From a virus (Duplodnaviria > Caudoviricetes): DNA of 41,971 nt. The notes below the pieces were generated by a model. It did no database searches and had not been told where the DNA came from. It saw only the letters and a program-made list of their open reading frames with translations. Positions 7,154-16,629 of this stretch are shown one piece after another. The stretch covers positions 1 to 41,971 of the IMG/VR virus record IMGVR_UViG_3300022217_000127; one strand, 5' to 3'. Both the position numbers and the translations under genes were made by a program. Numbering within the stretch: position 1 is the stretch's first letter; every line of letters starts with the position of its first letter.

Positions 7154-8866
7154 CTAGACCTTGCTCACATGGTTAAAGTCTGCGTCTGTCATAGGCCCGT
7201 TAGTAACTATGTCTGCGTAGGTGAGGACTACCCCAGCAAGTCTAACGTCTCCGTTAGCTCCTGCTACGTCATTGGTACTAGGTAGAGAGATTGAGGATAG
7301 CGGTCCCTGCATATCAATACCCACGTCTAGGTTTCCGCCTCCGTCAATAAATCCTGTTCCCTCGATATCTATGTTGACGCCAGGGCCTACACTCAGACAG
7401 GCGCCTGCGCAGTCAGTAAATATGCAGTGCTGATTCCTCGAGATCTGATTAAACCCAACTATGGCTGAGTCCTGGACGTGCACACCAGACACCGTTGCAG
7501 CTGAGTTTCTGACCTCATTACTCTTGCCTGGGTTACCCTGAAAGAAATCGACCTGTGAGAGCGAGTCAAACTCGAGCATCCCCTTACGCGCTGCAGGGAT
7601 TGACGTGGATACTTTGTCAAACACACAGTTGATGAGCCTGAGAACTGTCGACGGTCCTAACTGTATTCCGTCCTGGCCACCTACGCCAACGCAATAGGTC
7701 ATAGTGATAGAGGAGTTTGCGTTACCAAATAGGATGTTGTCTGAGTTTGGGTTCTCTGTGCGCTTGAAGCTGCAGCCAGTGAACTGCGCATTGGCGTTCG
7801 TTGTGTTGACTGCATATCCGTTGCCGTTCCTGCTCAGAGGCGCCTGCTCTGGCGTCCAGTCATCAATAATAACTCTGTTGAATGACGTTATATCGTCAAG
7901 CACATCCAGAGAACCGAGAGATCCGAATCCCTGGATCGAGATATCATTGACGGTAACCGAGAACAGAGGCCCACCCTGCACTAGCATGGTAAAGAAATAC
8001 TCGTTAGTCAGATCGTCAAGTGAGTTTCTAAACACAGTCCCCTGCGTTGCTACTGTGACAGTTGATACCCCATCAGTAGGTGCTGGGCTCAAAGGCTGAT
8101 TGAGGAATATCCTGTCGCCTGTGTTGTCGTTGATTGTAGCTACTAACCCGTCACTGGTAACTATGTTGAACCCGATCAGCTCTCGAGGAGTGAAAGCTCC
8201 TGGGTTAGTGACTGAGAAGTCTATCCATGGATCCCCTGAGTCAACCTGATGCGAGTCGACAACTAAGCCAGTCAGACCAGAGAATGTTGACCAGGAGCCA
8301 GACGCTACACCCTGAATAGTAATGCTTCCTGCTCTGACTTGCTTGTTGTTAAACGTCCAGGCCCAGAAACCTCCCTGAGTTGCTACAGTCACAGGACGCT
8401 GAACACCTCCTGCAAAGCTGAACACTAGAGGATGATCTGCAAGGTATGGCGTTGCATTCCATATGGGCTGGCCGTGCTTGAAGTTTGATGTACCGTTGAG
8501 AGTGAGGAAGTCATTCATGCTCTGCTGAGTTTGAAAAAAATTCGCGAGTCCTGGATCAACTGCTGTCCCGTCATTGAAGTCAACAGGAGCTGTCATTGCA
8601 GTCAGGGTAACAAAGGGAACACCTGCAGATACTGACGAGCCTACCTCTGTCCAGTTAGCGTTGAGCAGGCCCCCGACTAGAGCATATTGCTTTCCCTCTG
8701 ACACAACGGCAACGCGCATCTGTAGTGATCGACGCTGCGCAGGGATTGCATCTCGAGCTGTGATGTCAGCAACAGTTCTCCAGCCTCCAATGAGGTAGGT
8801 GTCCTCAACAACTCCGAAGTCTCCAGCGTTCTTGGGTGCGATCTGGTCAATGACTGTTACTGGCAT
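7154..8866 (-). CDS. tailspike-like protein with C-terminal right-handed beta-helix
   Basis: N-terminal 'GGWRTVA...ARDAIP..RR...M.V.V' virion anchor motif; N/G/C-rich beta-helix-like C-terminal half. Confidence 0.6.
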   Translation of the reverse strand: MPVTVIDQIAPKNAGDFGVVEDTYLIGGWRTVADITARDAIPAQRRSLQMRVAVVSEGKQYALVGGLLNANWTEVGSSVSAGVPFVTLTAMTAPVDFNDGTAVDPGLANFFQTQQSMNDFLTLNGTSNFKHGQPIWNATPYLADHPLVFSFAGGVQRPVTVATQGGFWAWTFNNKQVRAGSITIQGVASGSWSTFSGLTGLVVDSHQVDSGDPWIDFSVTNPGAFTPRELIGFNIVTSDGLVATINDNTGDRIFLNQPLSPAPTDGVSTVTVATQGTVFRNSLDDLTNEYFFTMLVQGGPLFSVTVNDISIQGFGSLGSLDVLDDITSFNRVIIDDWTPEQAPLSRNGNGYAVNTTNANAQFTGCSFKRTENPNSDNILFGNANSSITMTYCVGVGGQDGIQLGPSTVLRLINCVFDKVSTSIPAARKGMLEFDSLSQVDFFQGNPGKSNEVRNSAATVSGVHVQDSAIVGFNQISRNQHCIFTDCAGACLSVGPGVNIDIEGTGFIDGGGNLDVGIDMQGPLSSISLPSTNDVAGANGDVRLAGVVLTYADIVTNGPMTDADFNHVSKV

Positions 8867-9651
8867 CAAACCACCTGAACCGTTGTTGTACCGAGGTTGG
8901 GATTAGTTGACTTGTATAATCTATAGTCCTGCGTAACTCCCTCTGCGTTTGTCACAGAGATAGAGTCAGACACAAGCTCAAAGCCTCCCTCAAACCCACC
9001 TACAAAGAATGTCCCAGCTCCATAACTCTCTGGGTAAGAGTAATAGATGTGCTCTCCAGCTCCAGCAGTGACTGAGAACGTTCTCTGCCTGTTGTTATCG
9101 AGCGCATTGTTTGCAAGCGCTTCTATGTCTGCCTCTGTGCTCAACCCATCAACACCAACTCCCCAATAGGTGCGAGGTTGCCAAGAGATATTAGCGTTAG
9201 AACTATCAGCGTCCCCTGCCTCATCTGCGTTGAGAGTGAATTGCACGGCGTCATTGTTTGCCGTCTTTTGGAAAGTCTCATCAGAAAAGAATGAGGTTGG
9301 AGTGCTGATCACATCCTTCTGTGTGCTTCCCTCGTCATCGTCGAGAGTAGCAGTGTCAGGAGTCCGATTGTATGCAGCTGTAAAGTCAGGCTGCACAACT
9401 GACGCGCCAACCTCAACAACAGAAGCAACAGCAGAGAATGAGCTGATAGCAAAGGCTGGCACTATGTAGGAATCCTTGATTGGCCTCCAGGCGCCAACTC
9501 CTGAAACCTCGATCAACGCATACCCATCATTCCCTGTTGTCGTGGGTAGGCCTGATCCTGATCCTGCGCTGACAGTTTTGACGAGCAATCGCCTGCTGTC
9601 CTTCGTCAGCGTGATCGTGCCGTTATCCTTCCTTAGGATGATATCAGCCAT
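8866..9651 (-). CDS. virion structural protein (fibre-associated, Ig-like)
   Basis: beta-rich, 'HIYYSYPESYG...FVGGFEGGF' motif; follows BppU-like adaptor. Confidence 0.6.
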   Translation of the reverse strand: MADIILRKDNGTITLTKDSRRLLVKTVSAGSGSGLPTTTGNDGYALIEVSGVGAWRPIKDSYIVPAFAISSFSAVASVVEVGASVVQPDFTAAYNRTPDTATLDDDEGSTQKDVISTPTSFFSDETFQKTANNDAVQFTLNADEAGDADSSNANISWQPRTYWGVGVDGLSTEADIEALANNALDNNRQRTFSVTAGAGEHIYYSYPESYGAGTFFVGGFEGGFELVSDSISVTNAEGVTQDYRLYKSTNPNLGTTTVQVV

Positions 9652-9983
9652 CAACCCAACTCCTTATCAACATCCAGGAGTAACCCGTTCCAGGTTTCGT
9701 TTTTTGTCGCAGGTTGCCCGACAACTCCGTCAAACAACTCGATCTCTGCAGCGTGTTTTCCTGGTGTGAGATCCCCTGCCTCCCATTCAAACTCAAACGA
9801 AGCTGGAACTTGATTAGGGGGATCTCCCACGTTAAGGATCGTTGCTTGCCTCTGGAATCTCGAGCCATCCTCCTTTTGAACATTCAGGAAGATCTCAAAC
9901 CCAGTGATGTCCGCGTCCTCATAATCAACAACTAATGTCGGGAGCAGATCGTTAGAGACTAGGTTGATGATTCCAGCAGCCAT
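9651..9983 (-). CDS. BppU N-terminal-like fibre adaptor (copy 2)
   Basis: D.LP.L......DITG..I...V.K.DG ... F.W..GDL..G...AEI pattern. Confidence 0.65.
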   Translation of the reverse strand: MAAGIINLVSNDLLPTLVVDYEDADITGFEIFLNVQKEDGSRFQRQATILNVGDPPNQVPASFEFEWEAGDLTPGKHAAEIELFDGVVGQPATKNETWNGLLLDVDKELG

Positions 9984-9992
9984 AGTTGACCT

Positions 9993-10226
9993 CTACTCCT
10001 GCACTGCAGGTTGCTCGGTTGCCAAGGGTTGCTTGATTACTGCAGGCTGAGGTGTTGCGCCTGGAGTCTTTGCTACATTGAACAAACTCAACGATTGAAT
10101 CTCTGCAACAACCTCCTCAACCTCCTCCATAGGAAGCTTTCTCAGGAGCTTTGCGATCCTATTCATTGTGATAGGTGAAACTCCCAACAGTTGAACCTGT
10201 TGTTGCTTCTGTTCTGCGCTCTGCAT
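9993..10226 (-). CDS. hypothetical protein
   Basis: GGGAG RBS; 'L.KLP.EEV..VV..I' motif common in small genes after fibres. Confidence 0.6.
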   Translation of the reverse strand: MQSAEQKQQQVQLLGVSPITMNRIAKLLRKLPMEEVEEVVAEIQSLSLFNVAKTPGATPQPAVIKQPLATEQPAVQE

Positions 10227-10240
10227 TGTAGATCTCCCTT

Positions 10241-10657
10241 TTATAGAATAGTGCCGCCAAACAACTCCGGCCTCACTTGCATCTCATGTGTATAGATCGC
10301 GTTCTCAGAGATCAGATCGTAAGCTGAGATTACCTTGCCAATGTCATCGGCTGTAACCTCATGCCTAGCCATAGATACTAATCTCGAGAAAGCAGGGTCT
10401 GCCGCTTTGACAACATAGACGCCCTCAACGCCAGTCTCTGGATCTGTTCCTAACCCCTGCTCCTCAGGAGTGTCTCGGTATGAGTAGCGATCGACATACA
10501 CCATTGACTTGAACTGCCCGTCAATCAGGTCGCCATAATACATTTCATACGACGCAAACCTAAGCTCAGGATCTATCCTCAGGTTTCTTGCCATAGCGCA
10601 AGGCATCGCAAGGCCTGTCTTAGGATCTGTCCTGGGTGTTGTGAGCTGAATAGCCAT
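10241..10657 (-). CDS. hypothetical, possible fibre chaperone
   Basis: directly after 943-aa fibre; GGAG RBS. Confidence 0.6.
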   Translation of the reverse strand: MAIQLTTPRTDPKTGLAMPCAMARNLRIDPELRFASYEMYYGDLIDGQFKSMVYVDRYSYRDTPEEQGLGTDPETGVEGVYVVKAADPAFSRLVSMARHEVTADDIGKVISAYDLISENAIYTHEMQVRPELFGGTIL

Positions 10658-10661
10658 GCAG

Positions 10662-13493
10662 TTACTCCAAGATCATCATAGCTGATAGTTGAGCTACGTC
10701 TGTGTTTGCTGCAGTTGCGCCGCTAACTCTGCGATGCCTGCCTTTGACTGTGTATGTTCCAGCAGATAACCCGGTAGTCTCACCTTGCACAGCGACTGAG
10801 CCCTGGGTTGTTGCTGTCCCCATAGTCCTCTGGATCTCTTGCTTGTCAACTGAGTTGATCGAGATAGCCCAGGCGCCAACAACATTAGCACCAACAGAAC
10901 TAGTCTCTAGTGTCATCAACGATCTGATAGTTCCAGTTCTGCCTGTTGGCACAGTGACGGTAAACGTCAGGCCTGTGATATCCTCTAGCGTTGCGCTCGT
11001 TGTGGGAACGGTTCCTGCGATCTCATCATAACCCTTGTCATAGATTACACCTGGAGCCTCTAGAGGCCCGTCAACTCTAACACCTGCTGCTCCCTGGAAC
11101 CTTGCGCAATAGTTGAGTGTCCCGCCGCTAGGACTAGACAATACATTGAGCCCATAGCGGTTAGTTCCCTGATTGACGTTGCCGCCGATCAGCAGAGCGC
11201 CTGCCTCTGAGACAGACCCAGCTCCCAGGGTCATAGACGGAGCATTGAGAGCCCATCCATAAACTTGACCCATAGAGTGCTCAACCTGCAACGCAGCCGC
11301 CTGAGTGAGTAGATAGTCTGCCCATCCACCGTTAATTGTTGTGGTGCGCGCACCAGCAACAAAGACACCTACCTGATTACCTACTGCGCCGATTTGCCCG
11401 ATCGAGAACTTGTCAAATCCGAATCTGATCTCTGACGCTGTTGAGCCAAACGTTGCTGATTGAATAGTATGTGCGCCAGACGCGAAACTCATCCAGAGGT
11501 TATCACCTGTCAGAGGGTCAAATACTCCTCTAGTCCCGTCCCATAGTAACTGGAGATCTCCTCCTGCTGCTCCGAGCGATACGCCAAGCGAGTCTGACAG
11601 AATCTGCACTAGTCCAGCATCGAGTATAAACCCTCCGCCGAAGTCTGACTGTGCGCCCCCGTTGTTCTGCAGGAAATATCTATCAGCAGCAGCTGTCATT
11701 GCGCTGCGCACTACAACCTTATCGCCTGACGTTGTGTGAGTCATCGCCAGAAAATCAACGCCATAGTATGCGGTATAGGTCTCAACTCCAGTTGCAGGCT
11801 GGAACAGTGCAACTGACGGAGGAGAGCACCTAACGCCTATAGTTGTCCCCATGTTTGTTGTTGAGCCTGTGATGCTCGAGAACGTTGGAGCGCAACTAAC
11901 GGCAACGTCTAGCGTCTTAGTCATCACTGCGCCGCTAACTGTGCTGCGCGTTGACGGAGAGAATGACAACCCAACAGACTGCGTTGCTACGCTAGTCCCT
12001 GCAGTGATTCTCCTGTGAGTTGGTGCAGCGTTAAGGACTAGCGCCTGCACTAGATCGAAGTTGCCAGCGTTCTCTATGATAGGCGCAGCATTAAACAGAG
12101 TAAATGCCGCAAATCCTGGCGACGCCGCAGCCTTATAGGTCCCGTTCTCGAAGATCAGGCCATAGACGAATACCGCACTATTGTACGTGATTTGTTGTGT
12201 TGTGTTGAGCAGTCCGCCAATGTACGCGCCCCCCGTTGTGAACACAGGGCGCCAGCGCATTGCGTATTGCTCAGCTGGAGTGTTGCCGATCCCATATTCA
12301 AGCTCGAATGGGGAGGCCACGTGTACGCGCCCACCACTGGCGTGTGACGAGCCAACCAGATCGAGTTGGTCGCCTGCGTTGATCCCACCTATCAGTGTCT
12401 GACCGCTAGCCCTGCCTGCAAGCAGCGCAAGCTGAGTGTGCACATCTCCTACGGCGAGATTCTGCAGAGTGTTGTGATTGATTCCTGTTGGGTCTGCAGG
12501 ATACCCGTCAAGCTTTGCCTTGTCTGCGCCAGTGAAGAAACCAGCAGCACCTGACGCGATAGCAACAGCGTGAAGAGTCCCGCCGCCTCGGTTACCGTGA
12601 GAGGCGTCATCAATCCAACCTGCAGCAAACTGACCTGAGGCATTGGCCTTAGGGATAGCATTAGCGGCAGAGGCCGCAACAGCTACCTCATCAGCTCCGC
12701 TATCCTGGTGGGAGGCTGCGTGAGCTGCTGCTGTCTGCGGATCCGCAAGAACGCCAGAGAGGCCTCCCACGTCTATCTCATCCGATCCCCCGTTCTCGTG
12801 AGTGCTAGCGTGAGCTGTTGGCGTGCGAGGGTCGCTCGAGTCATCAAGAGTAGCGTCAGACACTGCGGCGTTGAGCTGCGCAAGCGTGCCTGAGCCTATG
12901 TTAGCGATCGAGGTGAGGTGAGGGTTTGCTGTGTCAGCCTCATGTAGCGTGAGGTTTGCCTGCACTGCAGCAGCTGCTCCTGCTGGGTCTGCTCCTGCCT
13001 GCAAGAACGTCACAGCATGAGGGTTTGCAAGGTCTGCAATGTGTGAGTCTAGGGCTGCTCCGTCAACAGATACGTCTCTGCCGTCAACTGTCCCTGGTGT
13101 TGCGATGTTCCCTGAGTCATCGATGGTAGCAAGAGAATCCTGCAGGAGCTTTCCCGTTGCTCCGTCATAGCGTGCGATTGCCTCATCAGTTGCGCCTGCT
13201 GGGCCTATTACGTCACCGATAGCAGTTACTGAGATATCAATCTCATCAGGGTTTTCTGTGACTGTGACGTTTGTCCCGCCAACCAGAGAGCGCAGCTCGA
13301 GGTTTGCTCCAGTCTTTTGCTTGAATACTCCTGCACCTGCCCCAACGTTGGACGCTGTGTTGGCCTCTCCGCCTCCTATTGGGATCGGAAAGCCTAGCGT
13401 GAGCAGCTTTCCCTGCGCAGTGAGCACAAGCTTTTTACTCTCTACAATGAGAGTGATCGGCGTTGACTGCGTTGAGAGGGTTAGGTCACTCAC
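10662..13493 (-). CDS. long tail fibre protein
   Basis: 943 aa, G/A/T-rich, NPH and HAxxH repeats, 'DKAKLDG' and 'VDGRDVS.DG..LD' fibre motifs, beta-sandwich C-terminus. Confidence 0.8.
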   Translation of the reverse strand: MSDLTLSTQSTPITLIVESKKLVLTAQGKLLTLGFPIPIGGGEANTASNVGAGAGVFKQKTGANLELRSLVGGTNVTVTENPDEIDISVTAIGDVIGPAGATDEAIARYDGATGKLLQDSLATIDDSGNIATPGTVDGRDVSVDGAALDSHIADLANPHAVTFLQAGADPAGAAAAVQANLTLHEADTANPHLTSIANIGSGTLAQLNAAVSDATLDDSSDPRTPTAHASTHENGGSDEIDVGGLSGVLADPQTAAAHAASHQDSGADEVAVAASAANAIPKANASGQFAAGWIDDASHGNRGGGTLHAVAIASGAAGFFTGADKAKLDGYPADPTGINHNTLQNLAVGDVHTQLALLAGRASGQTLIGGINAGDQLDLVGSSHASGGRVHVASPFELEYGIGNTPAEQYAMRWRPVFTTGGAYIGGLLNTTQQITYNSAVFVYGLIFENGTYKAAASPGFAAFTLFNAAPIIENAGNFDLVQALVLNAAPTHRRITAGTSVATQSVGLSFSPSTRSTVSGAVMTKTLDVAVSCAPTFSSITGSTTNMGTTIGVRCSPPSVALFQPATGVETYTAYYGVDFLAMTHTTSGDKVVVRSAMTAAADRYFLQNNGGAQSDFGGGFILDAGLVQILSDSLGVSLGAAGGDLQLLWDGTRGVFDPLTGDNLWMSFASGAHTIQSATFGSTASEIRFGFDKFSIGQIGAVGNQVGVFVAGARTTTINGGWADYLLTQAAALQVEHSMGQVYGWALNAPSMTLGAGSVSEAGALLIGGNVNQGTNRYGLNVLSSPSGGTLNYCARFQGAAGVRVDGPLEAPGVIYDKGYDEIAGTVPTTSATLEDITGLTFTVTVPTGRTGTIRSLMTLETSSVGANVVGAWAISINSVDKQEIQRTMGTATTQGSVAVQGETTGLSAGTYTVKGRHRRVSGATAANTDVAQLSAMMILE

Positions 13494-13837
13494 GGCGTTG
13501 CACCTGCAGCTGCCTTAGTTTTGACGATCACAGGCCCGCTTGTCTCTATCAATCCCCCAGCGTCCTCGAGCTTGATCGTGAGCCTGCTGCAGCCCTCGAG
13601 CCAGTCAGTATCAAGCCAGTCAACCTGCGCAGTGTCCTCTGAGAGTATCGATGCTACTCGCTCAAAGAATGTGCCGTCAGGGCGCTCAACCTGAGCTGTG
13701 ACTGTGTATCCTGCAGTGAGGTCAACATCCTCAACAACCATTGCGAGGTAGGGCAAGCGATCGCCTACTGTATAGATATGATCGAGGACTGGGGGATCTG
13801 ATGCTTTCACGTTAGCTCCTGCAGTTGAGGAGATCAT
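13490..13837 (-). CDS. BppU N-terminal-like fibre adaptor (copy 1)
   Basis: GDRLP.L...VDLT.GYTV...V.RPDG pattern; paralog of 9651..9983. Confidence 0.65.
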   Translation of the reverse strand: MISSTAGANVKASDPPVLDHIYTVGDRLPYLAMVVEDVDLTAGYTVTAQVERPDGTFFERVASILSEDTAQVDWLDTDWLEGCSRLTIKLEDAGGLIETSGPVIVKTKAAAGATP

Positions 13838-13844
13838 ATCCTCA

Positions 13845-14192
13845 TCAATGTGACCAGAATACTAACCCAACAGGGACGCCGATTGCGAGATAGATAACGC
13901 CGATCCACCAGGGGGGATCCAGCTTGCAATAGATCGCGAGCCTATGTGCTCCTGAGATTGACAGGCCAGCAAGCAGGATGATCGCAACGCCAACCAGGAG
14001 GCCTGTGATTTTCTGACCTGAGCCTACAAAATGCCCGCCAATGACCCCCCAGGCATAGAACGGAAAGGCAAACTCCCGCCCGAATGACGTATATCTGTTT
14101 GTGATAGTCCTGCGCTTGAACACGACAAGGAGCACATCAGCCACAATGACAAACACAAGGATCGCGATAATGATCAGATCTGCAGGCCTCAT
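13845..14192 (-). CDS. multi-pass membrane protein (holin-like candidate)
   Basis: 3-4 hydrophobic segments in 115 aa. Confidence 0.55.
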   Translation of the reverse strand: MRPADLIIIAILVFVIVADVLLVVFKRRTITNRYTSFGREFAFPFYAWGVIGGHFVGSGQKITGLLVGVAIILLAGLSISGAHRLAIYCKLDPPWWIGVIYLAIGVPVGLVFWSH

Positions 14193-14461
14193 TGCTGTAT
14201 GTCCCTGATCGCCTGGATTATGCGCTCCGTCTGGTCAGTTAGGATCTGACGCTCTCTCTCCAGGGCTTTCATAAAGTCCTCTCTCTGCTGATTGAGGATA
14301 GACTTGAAGTCCTCTCTGAGTCTCTCCTCACCTGTCATGTACTCCTTAGCCAGACGAGGGATCGTGTGTGTTGTTGTTCTGTGCACTAGCCAGAGGATAA
14401 ACCCCAGAGATCCGAGATCCCCTACTAGCTGTAGGAGCATCCCTGCGCCTATGCCTCCCAT
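14189..14461 (-). CDS. single-TM + coiled-coil protein (BhlA/holin-like candidate)
   Basis: N-terminal TM 'LGSLGFILWLV' then charged helix. Confidence 0.5.
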   Translation of the reverse strand: MGGIGAGMLLQLVGDLGSLGFILWLVHRTTTHTIPRLAKEYMTGEERLREDFKSILNQQREDFMKALERERQILTDQTERIIQAIRDIQQ

Positions 14462-14853
14462 CAGTCTATCCCTTTCATTGCATACCCTGTGACGAGGACC
14501 AGACCTAACGCAGTGACTACAGACACAGTTGCGACAAACACAGGAGAGCGCAGGAAGCTGTCAGCTTGAGCAGCCTGATCCTTTGCTGCTTGCGCTATAT
14601 CGTCCCCTCTCTGCTGCTCTATATCCCTGAGCCTGTAGGCAAGCTCGAGATCCTGTTTAGCAAGCGCTTTGACTTTCTCAAGCTCAGCAGACCAGAGAGC
14701 ATCACAATGATCTGCTTTCTGAGCGAGTTTGATTGCTAGGTCTGTAGGTAGCAGCTGTCCAGAGAATGGGGCTGCCTGTCCCTTTTCAATAGGGACTGCT
14801 TTGTCAGGACTGGCTAACGCGAGTGAGGTAGGCAGCGAGAGCAGCAGGATCAT
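14461..14853 (-). CDS. exported protein with signal peptide and C-terminal TM (spanin-like candidate)
   Basis: MILLLSLPTSLALA signal, 'AAPFSGQLL', coiled coil, C-terminal hydrophobic helix; overlaps upstream gene; start uncertain. Confidence 0.55.
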   Translation of the reverse strand: MILLLSLPTSLALASPDKAVPIEKGQAAPFSGQLLPTDLAIKLAQKADHCDALWSAELEKVKALAKQDLELAYRLRDIEQQRGDDIAQAAKDQAAQADSFLRSPVFVATVSVVTALGLVLVTGYAMKGID

Positions 14854-15109
14854 GGCGCAGGTTCTCAGCCTCTGACGCTTGTTGCTCGTTGAGTTGCTGG
14901 ATCGTGCTCTGAAACCTTGCGATGATCTCAACCCTGGCTGCGTTATCACCCTTTGTGGCCATGGCTTTCTTTGCGTCTCGTTTGGCATCTATGACTTCCA
15001 ACTCTGTTGACATCTGAGAGGCTAAACTCTTGTTCCCTCTGCCTAGAGCATATGCCAATAATGCGATCACAGCTACAACAGGAAGCCATAGCCAATGGTA
15101 CCAGCTCAC
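14804..15109 (-). CDS. N-terminal TM + coiled coil (i-spanin-like candidate)
   Basis: MSWYHWLWLPVVAVIALLAYALG then periplasmic-type helix. Confidence 0.6.
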   Translation of the reverse strand: MSWYHWLWLPVVAVIALLAYALGRGNKSLASQMSTELEVIDAKRDAKKAMATKGDNAARVEIIARFQSTIQQLNEQQASEAENLRHDPAALAAYLTRVSQS

Positions 15110-15318
15110 GCTTTTTTACCCTTGGCAAGGGCTTGAGCACTCTTGACGATCGCAGAGCCCCCGAGGATCGATCCAACAGCAACAGGCACAAATACGATCG
15201 ACCAGTCCAGCCAGGTTGATGCTTGCTCAGGAGCTGTAAACAGGACCATAGGGACAGAGCCCAAAAGAACGATCCCGTATGCGATACAAGCGATCAGTTG
15301 ATTGCTACCTAGTTTCAT
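15106..15318 (-). CDS. class II holin-like protein
   Basis: 70 aa, two TM segments, basic C-terminus KGKKA. Confidence 0.55.
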   Translation of the reverse strand: MKLGSNQLIACIAYGIVLLGSVPMVLFTAPEQASTWLDWSIVFVPVAVGSILGGSAIVKSAQALAKGKKA

Positions 15319-15327
15319 GGCTACCCC

Positions 15328-16629
15328 TTAAGTGATCTCCGCAACTAGCTGTTGCAGGCCTACACTGTTTGTAGTGATATTGAACCCGAAACCCACGTCA
15401 ATGTTAGTCACTGCTGTAGTGTCTATGGTTGCGTTATCGACAGTAAAGGATCCAGCCTCTGCTTGCGTCAGGATCCCGTTTCCATAGCTGCCATCCATAG
15501 CTATCGAGATTGTACCAGACGCGCCTATCGTTCTGACGGTAGCCATAAGAGTGAATACCCATTCATTATTGCCAGCGACACCCTGACGCACCCTGACATC
15601 AAGCACTGCGCCAGTTGTTACGTTACTGAACGCAAAGCCGATCTCTCCAACCTGTGCAGGGTTGGATATGATCCTGCCTGCGACTCTGACCTTAATCACG
15701 GATCCAACTCGCAGAGTGTTCGCAGGGATAGACACCCTGCCGGATGTTGGAAAAAATACAGGGTTGAACCCTGAGCTATTGATCCCTACTTCCTCAACGT
15801 CAGTTTTGACCTGTGATCGGGTGACAACTCGCTCAAACCCGTTGAGTCCCCTGACGGACATCCGGCCGTTTACGCTGTTAACGTATACGTCTCCAGCGCT
15901 GCTGCTGGACGGGTCGGTGTCCTGTGGTGTGATTGCGAGTGCTGAGCTTACTGGTGAGGATGCGTCTGCGCTTGCTGTAACGCCGTGCCCTGACGCAGAT
16001 CCTCCAACTCCTGAGACACCTATCCCGCTTGTATTACCGTCACCCCTAACGCCGATCCCTGAGACATCAGAGACACCCTCAACGCCTACGCCTGAGCCTG
16101 TAGCTGTCCCTTTGACCCCATGCCCGATCGCTGCAGATGACGTTCCCTCGACGCCTATGCTGTTGTCTGTCACTCCTCCAATGCCGCTAACGCCAGCGAA
16201 AGCCAGGCGACCAGTAGAGATGATTCCATCTGCGCCGCTAGAGCCTCCGAGGAATTGACCCCCTGGGCCTGTCCCGCCTCCAACAGCATTAACTCCCTTG
16301 CCTGATGTCCCGCCCCCCTCTGCAAGGACACCCTCTGATGTCCCGTCACCCAGGCCATGCACGCCAACTCCGTCAGTCCCTCCGTTGCCCTTGAGGCCCG
16401 TTCCTGCTGTTGGGCCTCCCTCAGCCTCGAGCCCTGGGCCTGCACCTGTTCCTACTGGGGTCTGGAGGTAAGCTGCCCATTGATAGTTTACATTCAGCAG
16501 CCAGTTGAGGTGACGCGCAGGAGGCTGATCGTCAAACGCCCAGCCTGTATCCTTCTGTCCAGAGATAGGCTCTAGGGTTGTCCCTCCGTCAGTAGCCCAG
16601 CGAGGAAGATCTGTAGGTTGAGTTGGCAT
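15328..16629 (-). CDS. baseplate-attached tail fibre
   Basis: N-terminal 'P.WA...GW....PPA..LNWL....QW..YL' anchor; Gly-rich GVxG repeats; follows baseplate wedge genes. Confidence 0.8.
   Translation of the reverse strand: MPTQPTDLPRWATDGGTTLEPISGQKDTGWAFDDQPPARHLNWLLNVNYQWAAYLQTPVGTGAGPGLEAEGGPTAGTGLKGNGGTDGVGVHGLGDGTSEGVLAEGGGTSGKGVNAVGGGTGPGGQFLGGSSGADGIISTGRLAFAGVSGIGGVTDNSIGVEGTSSAAIGHGVKGTATGSGVGVEGVSDVSGIGVRGDGNTSGIGVSGVGGSASGHGVTASADASSPVSSALAITPQDTDPSSSSAGDVYVNSVNGRMSVRGLNGFERVVTRSQVKTDVEEVGINSSGFNPVFFPTSGRVSIPANTLRVGSVIKVRVAGRIISNPAQVGEIGFAFSNVTTGAVLDVRVRQGVAGNNEWVFTLMATVRTIGASGTISIAMDGSYGNGILTQAEAGSFTVDNATIDTTAVTNIDVGFGFNITTNSVGLQQLVAEIT

Noticed and set aside
14854-14988. Long N-terminus of ORF 14461..14988
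   Set aside because: Lies inside the upstream TM gene in another frame; the signal-peptide-like sequence starts only near 14853
5749-16629. Diversity-generating retroelement or invertible fibre cassette
   Set aside because: No reverse transcriptase or invertase, no ~100-bp adenine-variant repeat pair noticed, no inverted fibre fragments
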